64,000 bases of DNA from Sarcophilus harrisii. Its lineage: Eukaryota. The translations under genes and the position numbers were made by a program. Positions 51,087-62,683 of this stretch are shown one piece after another (position 1 is the first letter of the stretch; the number at the start of each line of letters is the position of its first letter). Location of the stretch: positions 261,415,655-261,479,654 of the forward strand of contig CM109175.1 in the NCBI GenBank assembly GCA_048593225.1, given 5' to 3'. The notes below the pieces were generated by a model. That model was not told the origin of the DNA. It worked only from the letters and a program-made list of their open reading frames with translations, and did not search any database.

Positions 51087-51129
51087 ATGTCCTCGCGCGG
51101 CAGAGGTGGAAGCACTGGCAACGCCCGAG
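51087..51129 (+). CDS. PARP2: PARP2 coding exon 1: MSSRGRGGSTGNAR(G). The donor is uncertain. GAG|gttcgg at 51129/51130 is the only nearby phase-1 GT compatible with downstream exons. An alternative CAA|gtttcg at 51140 is phase 0.
   Basis: ATG is the first in the CpG island, in divergent orientation to RPPH1 as in human. The Arg/Gly-rich N-terminus resembles human MAARRRRSTGGGRARALNES. Confidence 0.4.
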
Positions 51130-52084
51130 GTTCGGAGCAAGTTTCGGGGTTCAGGGTTAGGGAATGCTAGAGATTAGAGAGAGGTGGGGGAGCGCCCACC
51201 TATCCCCGCTCCTGAGAGGTTTCCGGGAATGCCACAGTCCCGGGCTTGCTATTAGCTAGACAAAGGTTGGGGGTCCCTGCAGGGGCCTGTATGGTCCCGG
51301 GGTCAGGGGTCAGGGGTCAGGAGTCCGACGTGACGGAGAGGCGGCTCTCCCTCCCATCATTCTCTGCCGACTGCGTCCTCGTTTTTACCCTTGTGTTTAT
51401 CCGTCTCTGATATTTGCCTGGCTGGTTATTTTTTCCACCCCACAACTGGAGCAGTCACGGAGCAGATAGATAGTCGAGACAAGTCAGCCAGCATTTATTA
51501 AGCACCTGTTGTGTACCGCACTGCGGAGCCCCGGGGATACCCCTGCCCCCAAGGCCCTTCCATCGAAAACCGGAGAGAAGTCATAAACGCTGCTGGCCAG
51601 GAGCTTAAAGGCCATGAGTTCGGCTCCTGCGTTATATAGATCCCAGAACTAGGTCCGTTACTGGCCGTGTGGTCTCCCCTTCGGACTAAGTTTCCCAAGG
51701 GGAAACCTGTCAGCCTTTGGCGCTGTCTGGGACATGCCAAGTCAGCGTTTATTTAATAAAATGCTTCTTTCCTAACTTGGCCAGATAGGTGAGGAATCTT
51801 AAAGACCTTTGAGCCCGACTCTAATTTTTTTACATCCCAAACCAAAAGTGGGAAGGACCTTGGTAAGTAACCCCCATACAGATGAGGAAACAGAAAATAC
51901 AATGGCTAGGAATTTTCCTAGGGAGGACGCGAACCGCCGTTTTCTGGATTCCCGAACTAGTGCTCAAATCTATGGCATTGGATTCCGGGTTCTTCCCCTT
52001 TATTACCCTTTTCGGTCCATCTGGACTCCATTCCTTATTGGAGCACTAGAGAAAACTCTTGTTCCGTTTTTGTTTCGTCTTCAG

Positions 52085-52232
52085 GTGCAAAGGTAAAGCG
52101 TCGGTGCCCAGAGCCAGGAAAGAGTGACGCAGTCTCACCAAGCATTGAGTTTCGTTGGCAATGGGAAGACCCCGAGGGTGTCTGGCGCTGGTTCTCTTCT
52201 GCTCAGGATGTGGAGATCACAGAGGCTTTCAG
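52085..52232 (+). CDS. PARP2: WWE-domain cassette exon 1 (first half of WWE #1): (G)AKVKRRCPEPGKSDAVSPSIEFRWQWEDPEGVWRWFSSAQDVEITEAF(R). 148 nt, enters in phase 1 and leaves in phase 2.
   Basis: Strong acceptor ttgttccgtttttgtttcgtcttcag|GT and donor AG|gtaagt. Contains the W-x-W…W signature of WWE domains. An upstream stop in this frame at 51958 bounds the exon. Confidence 0.6.
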
Positions 52233-52689
52233 GTAAGTACTATTCAGAATTCCCTCTCATTTTCTATACCTGAAGTGAAGGGTTTGGGCCAAAGGGAGGG
52301 TCCTTTGGGACAATTCCTTTTTTTTTTTTTTTTTTTTTTTATTTAATAGCCTTTTATTTACAGGTTATATGCATGGGTAACTTTACAGCGTTAACAATTG
52401 CCTAACCTCTTGTTCCAATTTTTCGCCTCTTACCCCCCCACCCCCTCCCCTAGATGGCAGGATGACCAGTAGATGTTAAATATATTAAAATATAAATTAG
52501 ATACACAATAAGTATACATGACCAAAACGTTATTTTGCTGTACAAAAAGAATCAGACTCTGAAATATTGTACAATTAGCTTGTGAAGGAAATCAAAAATG
52601 CAGGTGTGCATAAATATAGGGATTGGGAATTCAATGTAATGGTTTTTAGTCATCTCCCAGAGTTCTTTTTCTGGGCGTAGCTGGTTCAG

Positions 52690-53200
52690 TTCATTACTGC
52701 TCCATTGGAAATGATTTGGTTGATCTCGTTGCTGAGGATGGCCTGGTCCATCAGAACTGGTCATCATATAGTATTGTTGTTGAAGCATATAATGATCTCC
52801 TGGTCCTGCTCATTTCACTCAGCATCAGTTCGTGTAAGTCTCTCCAGGCCTTTCTGAAATCATCCTGTTGGTCATTTCTTACAGAACAGTAATATTCCAT
52901 AACATTCATATGCCATAATTTATTCAACCATTCTCCAACTGATGGACATCCATTCAGTTTCCAGTTTCTAGCCACTACAAAAAGGGCTGCCACAAACATT
53001 CGTGCACATACAGGTCCCTTTCCCTTCTTTATGATCTCTTTGGGATATAAGCCCAGTAGTAACACTGCTGGATCAAAGGGTATGCACAGTTTGATAACTT
53101 TTTGAGCATAGTTCCAAACTACTCTCCAGAATGGTTGGATTCGTTCACAACTCCACCAACAATGCATCAATGTCTTTGGGACAATTTCTTACCCCTAGGA
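52690..53200 (-). mobile_element. L1 ORF2 C-terminal fragment (antisense) inside a PARP2 intron. The minus ORF 52751-53170 encodes HCWWSCERIQPFWRVVWNYAQKVIKLCIPF...
   Basis: 139-aa ORF with the L1 ORF2 tail signature. Confidence 0.7.
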
Positions 53201-54881
53201 GCATGAGAATTGTGTTTTCAGGGACCTGTGCTCTCACTTATACCCTTACCTATACTGAATTAGATTCATCCAGCTTTCTATAGTAGAGTCACTGACTGTA
53301 GATATTTAAGAAAATATTACCAGTCTCTAAGTCATATCAGTCTTAACAGTCTCTTAGAAGCTCTTCTACAGGGAATAATTCAGTTGGGTATTAATAGATC
53401 AGTTTTCTATTCACGCCATCCTGTTCAACTTCTCAAAAATGTTTCACAGCAACTAGTTCTGTGAGAAGATAAGGTTTGTGAGGCAAATCTTTTGCTTACT
53501 GTATTTTAAATTATGCTTGGCTTTGCTCCCATCAAGAAATTCTTACACTGGAGAATTGGATATTCTTTTTCCTTCTTGCAATCCTTTTGGATTGACTTTA
53601 TCTTGGGATTTAGTTTGTCTTTTATTTTTAAGTCTTTTGACATTATGGAACTTGCATCAATCTATTGGTAAGCATTTATTCAGGGCCTACTCTGTGCGAG
53701 GCGCTTTCTAAGCACAGGGGATTAAAAAAAAAAAAAAAAAACAAAAGACTGTCATCTTCTTCAAAGAGCCCATAGTCTAACAGAAGAGACGACACTCATA
53801 CATATGTACAAACAAGCTATATACAGGGCAAATAAGATGTAATCTAAAAAGAAGGCATTAAAATTAAACAGAGTTGGGTTATGTTTTCTATAAATTGGGA
53901 TTTTAGATGGGACTTTAAAAAAGCTAAGGAAATCAGTAGGTAAAGATGAAGAAGGGGATGTTCCAGGCATGAGAGATAGCCTGAGAAAATACCTGGAGTT
54001 GAGAGATAGAAGGTCTTGTTCTTGGAACAGCAAGGAGGCTGGGCCACTGCATAAGGGTATGTGAGGGGAGGGAAGGGGCTGTATAAAGTATGATAAGACA
54101 AGAAAGGTAGAAGATTGACTGGATATGGAGTGTTTTGAACTCCAAAGGATTTTTTATTTTATCTTGGAGTAGGGGAATGATATGTTTGATCCTGCCTTTA
54201 GGAAAATCATTTTGAGGGTTGGATAGAAGATGGATTAGTATGGGAAGAGACTTTAGAGAAGCAGACCCATCAGGAGTCTATAATTAGTTAATAATAATAA
54301 TTAATGATACAACATAATCAATTATAATTGTTAATAGTAATAACCAATATAATTAATAATAAATTATTAATTTAATTAGGTCATGGTTACAAATAATAAT
54401 TAATACTACAGTATTCCAAGGGTGAGGAGATTAAGGTCTGTTCTAGAGTGCTGGCCATATCAGAGGAAGGGAAGGGACCTATTTACATATTTAAGAGATG
54501 TTACATAGATTAGATTGATAGGCTTTACCAACTGATTGGATATGTGGGGTGAGAAATAGTGAGAAATCAAGGATGACACCTAGCTTGTGAGCCTGAGGAA
54601 CTAGGAGGATGGTGTTGCCCTTGACAATGATAGGGAAGATAGGAGATTAAGGTAACCCTATTGTCTAGATGTTCATTAGACATCCAGTTCTATATATTCG
54701 AAAGTCAGTTGGAATGGAAGATAAAAAGTTAGCAAGAGAAATCAGGGCAAGATAGATTTGAGAATGATCAGCATAGAAAAAATAATTATATTAATGTGAG
54801 CTGATAAGATCATAAAATAAAGGAGAGTTGGCCCAGATTGAGCACTTTGAGACACATGTTGTTAAAGGGTATGGCTTAGAT

Positions 54882-55069
54882 CACGGGTCCTCAAACTACA
54901 GCCTGGGCCAGATGCAGCAGCTGAGGACGTTTATCCCCCTCACCTAGGGCTATGAAGTTTCTTTATTTAAAGGCCCACAAAACAAAGTTTTTGTTTTTAC
55001 CATAGTCCGGCCCTCCAACAATCTGAGAGACAGTGAACTGGCCCCCATTTAAAAAGTTTGAGAGCCCCA
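54882..55069. mobile_element. Second copy of the same hAT-like MITE (~188 bp) with slightly degraded TIRs (CACGGGTCCTCAAACT...AGTTTGAGAGCCCCA). Exact 8-bp TSD GCTTAGAT (54874-54881 and 55070-55077). Lies in a PARP2 intron.
   Basis: ~85% identical over its length to the copy at 15943-16122. TSDs seen directly. Confidence 0.7.
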
Positions 55070-56518
55070 GCTTAGATGATGATCCAGCATTTGAAAAGTA
55101 TAACTTACTTGAGAATTTAGCAAAGGAGATGGAGAATGAAGGATTAATTGATAAGAGGAGAACCACCAAAAAAACCCTAATCTCTCTGACTAGAGAGAAG
55201 AGAGTATCTAGGAGGAGAAGGTGATCAGCAGTGTCAAAGGCTATAGAGAGATGGAGAAGAATGAGGATTGAGAATAAACCATTTAATTTGGCAATTAAGT
55301 CATCAATAACTTTAGAGAAATAAATTTTATTAGAACAGAGAGGATGAAAGCCAGATTGAAGGGATAAAAAGACTGAAAGAAGAGGAAGTGGAGATACCTG
55401 TTGGTCTGGAGTTCAGTCACAAAAGTCAAGAGATAAAAGGACAAGGGATGAAAGTATCAAGTGAGCATTTTTTGAGGATGGGAGAGACATAGGCATGTTT
55501 TGCAGGTAGTAGGGAAGGAGCCATTAGGGAGAGATTGAGGATAAATGATAGAATGGAGATAACAGAGGGGTCAGTCTGTTGGAGAAGATGGAATAGAATG
55601 AGATTGCTTTTATATAGGGAGAATAGCCTTGGTTTATGTAGTAGGTACCTCATCAGGTGAAATGGATGAAGAAGGAGATAGTTGCAAAAGATATCATATT
55701 TATAAATGATATGAAATAAGAAAGAGGGAAAAGAGGGAGTTTGTGGCAGATAGCCTCAATATTTTCTGTACAATGTGAGGCAAGGATCTCAGCTGAGCAG
55801 GTGGTGGGGAGTGCTGTGGGAAATTTGAGGAGGGATAAAATGGTTTGGAAGAGATGCTATGTTGAGTGGGATAGTGAATTGATAAGTGAGGTATAAATAG
55901 CATTGAGGACCCAATTGAGGTTGTATAATAAGTTTGTATAACATAAGTAGAATCAGAACAGTTGCATGATTTTCTCCACCTTCTTTAGCAGCACGACTGA
56001 GGCTTGGCAGGATGAACTTGGTGATATGATAAAGGGTCTAGGGACTCTGAAAACAATGTAAAAGTTGAACTGGTTTTTGAGAATTGAGGGTTCAGTAGAT
56101 TGAAGATCACTATGTAGATAATTGACTTGACAACAGGAGACAAAGCGACATTATGGTCAGATAAGTGGATTTGGGAATTTTTGAACATGGAAGTGGTACA
56201 TTTTGTGGGTGATTGCAAGATGAAGGGTATGATCATCTTTGTGTGATGCTGAGATGAATGATGCTGAAATGAGGTCATAGGAAGTGAGTAGGTTGAGGAA
56301 CTGAATAGATGGGATGTTTAAGGAAGGGTTAGTAAGTATTTTGAAGCTTTCTAGTATGAGAGTAGGCATTGTGGAGAAGAGAAAAAATGTGAATCATGTA
56401 CTGAACTTATTGATAAATTAAGGGGAGTAATTTAGAGGGCCTGAAGAAAATAGCTACCAGAATTTTGATTTTACAAACTTGGGTAGGGATGATTGTCTCA
56501 AACTGCGTTATTTTTCAG

Positions 56519-56658
56519 GAAAGGAAGTGCTTTGGTAAATGTCTCATCAGAAAGTGGAAATGTGAAGCTTCAGATTGATTTCAAGAAGATGGTCCAGAGG
56601 AACACAAAGACAAGGACTGAGCGGAAGATTGCTGTTGCCATCAAGAAACAGGACTCCT
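56519..56658 (+). CDS. PARP2: WWE-domain cassette exon 2 (second half of WWE #1): (R)KGSALVNVSSESGNVKLQIDFKKMVQRNTKTRTERKIAVAIKKQDS(Y). 140 nt.
   Basis: Acceptor gcgttatttttcag|G and donor T|gtaagt. Carries the WWE C-terminal motif Y/L-x-IDF-x2-M-x-Q-x-N…R-x-I-x-R. Confidence 0.6.
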
Positions 56659-57158
56659 GTAAGTGTATTCTTTTATCAAGAGGTATTTGTTTTAAGAACA
56701 CATACCATATGCCTCATTATTATTATTTCATTCATAGATATAATCTCTACAAATTTCATTGATTGTCAACATAATGATTTATAGTGCCACTCTCTAATAA
56801 CATTTTATAATATGATTATTATCCTTGTTCTCTGGCATTATCATTAAAAAGAAGTTTTGTTAGGTTTTCTTCATAGGTTACAAACAAAATATCAGGGGAT
56901 TGATTTGTCTCTTGGGATCTCTGCATTACTTTTTTGGTTTCTGAGATCATTGGATGATAGATTGCTTGTAAAAGATGAAGCACCTAATAAATGTTTATTG
57001 ACTCAAATTCAAAAGACCCAGCAAAACTTCGAGGAAAGAAAGAAATACAACTTATAATACATCCTTTAAAAAAGAAAGAGTAATTCAGAATCTTGTTACT
57101 TTTATCTATTTTACCCTCATTGCATCAAAATTCTTCTTTTGATATTATTACGTTTTAG

Positions 57159-57371
57159 ATTTTGTCTGGCAGTGGCAGAGTGATGAGGAGGATGGCTGGA
57201 TCCCATATGATGCCAAAACTTGCCTGGCTCTGGAAGCAGCTCTAGGAGAAAGCAATGAGTCAAAAATAAATGTGGTGTTTGGCCGAAAACATTATACTCT
57301 GGATGTGGGCAACATGGTACAAATCAATTGCAAAAGTGGATACCTGCGCAAAATAGAACGCCAGCCTTCAG
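57159..57371 (+). CDS. PARP2: WWE-domain cassette exon 3 (complete WWE #2): (Y)FVWQWQSDEEDGWIPYDAKTCLALEAALGESNESKINVVFGRKHYTLDVGNMVQINCKSGYLRKIERQPS(A). 213 nt.
   Basis: Acceptor cgttttag|AT and donor G|gtatat. Near-textbook WWE domain (W-x-W-x-D-x-G-W-x-PY…LE-x-A…Y-x-LD…M-x-Q-x-N…R-x-I-x-R). Confidence 0.65.
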
Positions 57372-58113
57372 GTATATATAGTTATCAGTTTAATGAGGAA
57401 TGCCTGAGATTCAACATGGGATTGATGTATGGAGAAAGAATTAGCCAATTTGATATTCTTATGGATAAAGTAAAGGAAGAGAGAATAAGCCACACAAGGA
57501 ATGTGATATACAAAGAAGTACTGAGACATACATTAATGTATGTAACCTGAAAAGAACAGAGTTAGACAAAGAGACACTAAAGAGAAAACCTAGTCATTAT
57601 TTCAGGATAGGGGCTGGTTTATTCACAGAAGCATGGAGAATATTGTGAAGAGCAAGTCTCAGTTCAAAGAGGAAATCAAAGAGTAGGCACCAAAAATCAC
57701 AAAAAAACACCAGCAATTGAGGAGCTTAGAGCTTTTGCTCACGTTCCTTTTCTACTTGAAAGATGATCTTGGGGCCATTAGCTCTTTAAGTATTGTAGAT
57801 TAAGGAGAAAACTACTCAGAGGCAATAGTGATATCAAAAATATCGGATACAGTAATTGTTGATAACAATATGTTGAAATTTTAACTTTTTCTACTGCCCA
57901 GCCCACCCTTTGTGAAAAATATCCATTTTTCAGAGAAAAGGTTACATATTATATTCCCTTCATCCTTTTCTTTTTTAAAATGTGTTTTTATTGGTATCTT
58001 TTGGTTTTATAAAATTTATAATTTTCTCCTACTCCACTTCCAGAGAGATCTCACTTGTAACAAAGAATTCTGTCTTTTCTTTATGTTGTGCTTATCTCTT
58101 TTTTTGACTTTAG

Positions 58114-58290
58114 CGGCTGTGGAGTTGACTGAAGCCAATGGAAACAGTATTGGAAACATATCCAATGTTTCTTCTGTGGAATGCCCTTCTAAGGCCAAGA
58201 AAGCCCGAGGTGAATTCTTGGATCAAGGAGTGAAACAAGCACCTGTGGCAAAGGATGCTGAGATAAATGATAAGAACAAAGAGAATCAAG
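58114..58290 (+). CDS. PARP2: PARP2 basic N-terminal region exon: (A)AVELTEANGNSIGNISNVSSVECPSKAKKARGEFLDQGVKQAPVAKDAEINDKNKENQ(V). Corresponds to human …NNGNTAPEDSSPAKKTRRCQRQESKK…KANKDRTEDKQ.
   Basis: Acceptor ttttgactttag|CG and donor CAA G|gtgggt. Lys-rich NLS/DNA-binding-like region in frame with downstream PARP2 exons. Confidence 0.7.
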
Positions 58291-59379
58291 GTGGGTTTCA
58301 AGTGGGAGAGAAGGGAGCATCAAAGACGGTTTTAGGGAAAAGGCTTACATTGGATCCTTCAGTTCTAGTGAGTAACTTTTGTGCTACTTTGAGATGTGAT
58401 CTGAAGTAATCATCTTCTGGAGCTACATCAGACTACTGACCCTATTATTCAACTAAAATTGCCATCTCCAAAATTACCATTGGTACCTTAATTGCCAAAT
58501 CTAATTTTCCTTTTCATTCCCAATCCTTCTTGATCTCTCTGTGTTACCTCACACTACTGATTCCTTTCACCTCTTGGTTCTCTGATCTTTTGGAGGTTCC
58601 CTTTCAGTTTCCTTTTCTGGTTTTTCAACTTTGTCATGCCCATTAATTAAAGGTATTCCCAGTGGCTCTATCTTGTCCTCCTTTCTCCTAATTATCCAAA
58701 CAGGATTGGTCAGGAAATTGAAAGATTACCATATGAAAAGGGTGCTGGAAATGAAGGTGGCCTAGCTGTACCAGATCTAAAAGTACATTATAAAGCAGTG
58801 GTCATCAAAACCATTTAGTACTGGCTAAGAAATAGAGAAGTTGATCAGTGGAATAGGTTAGGTTCACAGGACAAAATAGTCAATAATTATAGCAATCTAG
58901 TGTTTGACAAACCCAAAGACCCCAGCTTTTGGAATAGGAACTCACTGTTTGACAAAAACTGCTGGGAAAATTGGAAACTAGTATGGCAGAAATTAGCATT
59001 GACCCACACATAACACCATACACCAAGATAAGGTTGAAATGGGTTCATGATTTATACATAAAGAATGATATTATAAACAGATTAGAAGAACATAGGATAG
59101 TTTACCTCTCAGACCTGTAGAGGAGGAAGGAATTTGTGATCAAAGAAGAACTAGAGATCGTTATTGATCAAAAAATAGATAATTTTGATTATATTAAGTT
59201 AAAAGTTTTTGTACAAAAAAAACTAATGCAGATAAGATTAGAAAGAAAGCAATAAACTGGAAAAACATTTTTACATTCAAAGGACCTGATAAAGGCCTCA
59301 TTTCTAAAATATAGAGAGAATTGACTCTAATCTATAAGAAATCTTCAGTTGATAAATGGTCAAAGGATATGAACAGACA

Positions 59380-60400
59380 ATTTTTAGATGAAGAAATTGA
59401 AACTTTCTAGTCATGTGAAAAGGTGCTCCAAATCACTATTGATGCAGAGATATGCAAATTAAGACAACTCTGACATACCACTGCACATCTAGCTAAGATG
59501 ATAGGAAAAGATAATGATGAATGTTGGGGGGAATGTAGGAAAACTGGGACACTGATACATTGTAGGTGGAACTGTGAAGAAATTCAACATTCTGTAGAGC
59601 AGTTTGGAACTATGCTCAAAAAGTTATCAAACTGTGCATACCCTTTGACCCAACAGTGTTTCTACTGGGCTTATATCCCAAAGAGATCTTTAAGGAGGGA
59701 AAGGGACCCACATGTGCAAAAATATTTGCGGCAGGCCTTTTTGTAATGGCAAGAAACTGGAAACATGGATGGCCATCAGTTGGAGAATGTCTGAATAAGT
59801 TATGGTATGTGAATGTTATGGAATATTATTATTCTGTTAGAAACGACCAGCAGGATGATTTCAGAGACACCTGCAGAGACCTACATGAACTGAAGCTAAG
59901 TGAAGGAAGCAGAACTAGAAGATCATTATACATCGCAACAACAATTCTATAGGAGGATCAATTCTGATGGATGTGGCTTTCTTCAACAATGAGAGGATTC
60001 AAATCAGTTCTAATTGTTCAGTGATGAAGAGAGCCATATACACTCAGAGAGAGGGCAGTGGGAACCGAGTGTGGACCACAACATAGCATTTTTACTCTTT
60101 CTGTTATTGTTTGCTTGCATTTTGTTTTCTTTCTCAGGTTTTTTTTTTTCCTTTTGATCCGATTTTTCTTGTGTAGCATGATAACTGTATAAATATGTGT
60201 ACATATATTGGATTTAACATATATTTTAATATATTTAACATGTATTGGACTACCTGCCATCGAGGGGAGGGAGTAGGGGAAAGGAAAGGAAAATTTGGAA
60301 CAGAAGGTTTTGCAAGAGTCAGTGTTGAAAAATTACCCATGCATATATTTTGTAAATAAAAAGCTTTAATAAAGAAAAGAAAAGGGTGTTGGTTAACCCC
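59380..60400 (+). mobile_element. L1 3' end (ORF2 C-terminus plus 3'UTR) in sense orientation within a PARP2 intron
   Basis: ORFs 59498-59746 and 59656-59952 encode L1 ORF2 tail peptides (HCRWNCEEIQ..., GLYPKEIFKEGKGPTCAKIF...). Canonical L1 3'UTR ends ~60395 (…tttgtaaataaaaagctttaataaag). Confidence 0.7.
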
Positions 60401-60458
60401 TAAATTTTTCTGTGATTTTAGCACCAGTTGTAAATAGTGCTTATCTGTCTTTCCTCAG

Positions 60459-60529
60459 TTTCTGTGAAGACCTTGTTACTGAAGGGCAAAGCTCCAGTAG
60501 ATCCAGAGTGTACAGTTAAGGTGGGAAAG
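60459..60529 (+). CDS. PARP2: PARP2 exon: (V)SVKTLLLKGKAPVDPECTVKVGK (human SVKALLLKGKAPVDPECTAKVGK)
   Basis: Acceptor ctttcctcag| and donor AAG|gtgaga. Near-identical to human PARP2. Confidence 0.9.
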
Positions 60530-61266
60530 GTGAGAACCTCTTGACCTAAACCTTAATCAAACTTTTGTCACCATTTAGAAAATAATGTCTTACCTTTAGT
60601 AGATGTTGCTACTAGAGTAGAATTTAGTGTTAGTGAATCATCCCTCTTGAGGCTGGAGAACTATGGAACGGTATCAGCCTTATCTCCCCTTTGTCAGCAG
60701 GTTGTAGATACTGTCCCCAAAGAGCATTTGATCACATGAGAGTGTTTATTGAGTATGAGGCAGAAGCACTAAGAAGGATTGGGCCATAGCTTTCCTGCTG
60801 GAAATAGGTGCTTTAATTGTGATGGGAGATGTTTGAAGGAGTCTGCTGTTCTTGCATCAGGAATCTACAAGTGAAGATGAGCGCTTTGATCAGGACCAGG
60901 TCTGGCACATTTAAGTTTTGCTTTTTCAGAACAAGTCCAAGTAGAGAGGAGAAAAGTCCTGAGGGCTTGCTCAGGGCCCACTGTATCCTGATGTCAAAGG
61001 GAGTAGAGTATACTGGAGAGAAACCAGGATTTGGGGTTCCAAGAAATCTGGGTTCCAGTGCTGCCTTTAACAGTGATCAGCTGTATGTAATTGTGAACAA
61101 TTGTTTAGCCTCTTTGAGCCATATTCGCCTCTATTATAAAAGGATAGTGATAGAGCTTAAGGATCCCTCTCCCAAGTATTGTTATGAAGATGACATTGAT
61201 TATGTAAAGTACTGTACAAACAATAATTCTTTTTAGTAAATGCCAGCTCTCCTTGTCATCTTCTAG

Positions 61267-61317
61267 GCCCATGTATACTGTGAAGGGGATGATGTGTATG
61301 ATGTTATGCTAAACCAG
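61267..61317 (+). CDS. PARP2: PARP2 exon, start of WGR domain: AHVYCEGDDVYDVMLNQ
   Basis: Acceptor cttctag| and donor CAG|gtaaga. Human AHVYCEGNDVYDVMLNQ. Confidence 0.92.
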
Positions 61318-62683
61318 GTAAGAAGGAAAGGTCTGTTTGAAAAATAACTTTTTTGTTGATTATTAAGGTCCTCGTGTTCACATGTTCCTAATTCAGGATT
61401 CCTTATATTAGGTACTAACTGGCTGGCAATACTGTAACACAATACTAGTGTATTACTGTTAGAATCAACTCTTTCCCAAGACTTCTTAAGCTGAAGCTAT
61501 CTGTCAGCAGGTTAATATAAGATAAATCACTTTATTTTTTGTCTTTCTTTTTTGAAGTTAACTTATAATTCTTATTTAGGAGTGGTTATGGGGAGTGGAA
61601 AAAAGGAAATTTTCCATTTAATTGTCCCACCAATTACAACAGCTTTATCAATTACAAATTGTTTTGCTATCTTATACCCACTTTTTCCTTGTTCACTAGG
61701 AAAGTGGCAGTTTCTTTGTGCCTATATCTTCAGAATGAGGGCTTTGGATTAAAAAAACTAGAAGGTCCATTCTCACTCTTCATTTTTTTTTAAACTGTAT
61801 TTAGGAGACTGGAAAGTGAAGTGTACATTAACCAAAGAAAGTATGTGCTAGACAGATAGTGCAGGGAACAGGATTCCAGTGTGAAGGCCAAGTACTACTA
61901 TGTGGAATTTCCTTCACTCCACTGAATCCACAGCTTTAGCTTGAGTTAGATTTGCCCTCTTGCTGCTATTTACTGGTCACATTCTTTCCAGAATGGTTTA
62001 CATGGCCCCCACTCCACAATCCAACTTGAAGGGACAGAAGCCAAGCAAAAGGGCTTGCTTGAAGGGAGTAAAGGACTTGCTCTTTGTCCTTTTCTACCAT
62101 TGTCCTGCTCTTAGCCCTCTTTCAGATTGCTACAAATCACAGTTGTGGTCAGTACCAACAAAAGAATTAACATCTAGAACCAAGAACTAGGGTAATCCTG
62201 CACCTCTAGGTATGAGAGAGATTGTTTCTTTGTAATAAATACATTGTAAAATTATTTATTGTTTTCCTTGGAGAAATGATCACAAGAGAATAGAAGGGAT
62301 TAAGAATGAGGAGAGTTAAATGCTCAGAAATGTGGGAGAAGGAGCAGAGAGACAAAATAGAAGAAGCCAGGACAGATTACTTAGTGCTAAATTCAGTTTC
62401 ACAATGTTCACTGGCTTTTATTCATCCTTAGGATTGCAGAATGTTTTCTAAAAGTTATAAGGAAATGGCAGTTTCTTTTAATTCTCATTCCACTTTCTCA
62501 GCTTTCTCTTAAAATGAAGATCTCTCTCCCACACTACTTATTTCCCTCAGGAAAAATTGGTGTTTATATCCAAAGAATATTTTATTTATGTGAATTTTTA
62601 TTCATATATTTATGTGAATTTTCTATAAACCTAGTTTTTGTTTGTGTGTCACTTCTTATTTCAATGGTTGTAGACCAATCTCC

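Noticed and set aside
51809-52096. 95-aa plus ORF immediately upstream of the first WWE exon
   Set aside because: Different frame from the WWE exon. Sequence is a MIR-like SINE fragment (gatgaggaaacagaaaatacaatggctagg…). The WWE frame has a stop at 51958, placing the exon start at the 52084/52085 acceptor.
57912-58409. 165-aa plus ORF
   Set aside because: Only its central part (58114-58290) is the real PARP2 basic-region exon, bounded by good splice sites. The N- and C-terminal parts of the ORF are intronic read-through (MKNIHFSEKRLHIIF… is AT-rich intron).
60010-60424. Minus-strand ORFs (64, 80, 96 aa)
   Set aside because: Lie on the antisense strand of the L1 3' end/3'UTR. Lys-rich translations of A-rich repeat sequence.
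60829-61236. 135-aa plus ORF just upstream of the PARP2 WGR exon
   Set aside because: No similarity to PARP2 or any domain I recognise. It ends 30 bp before the true exon acceptor, so it is intron sequence. No splice sites bracket it in a phase compatible with neighbouring exons.
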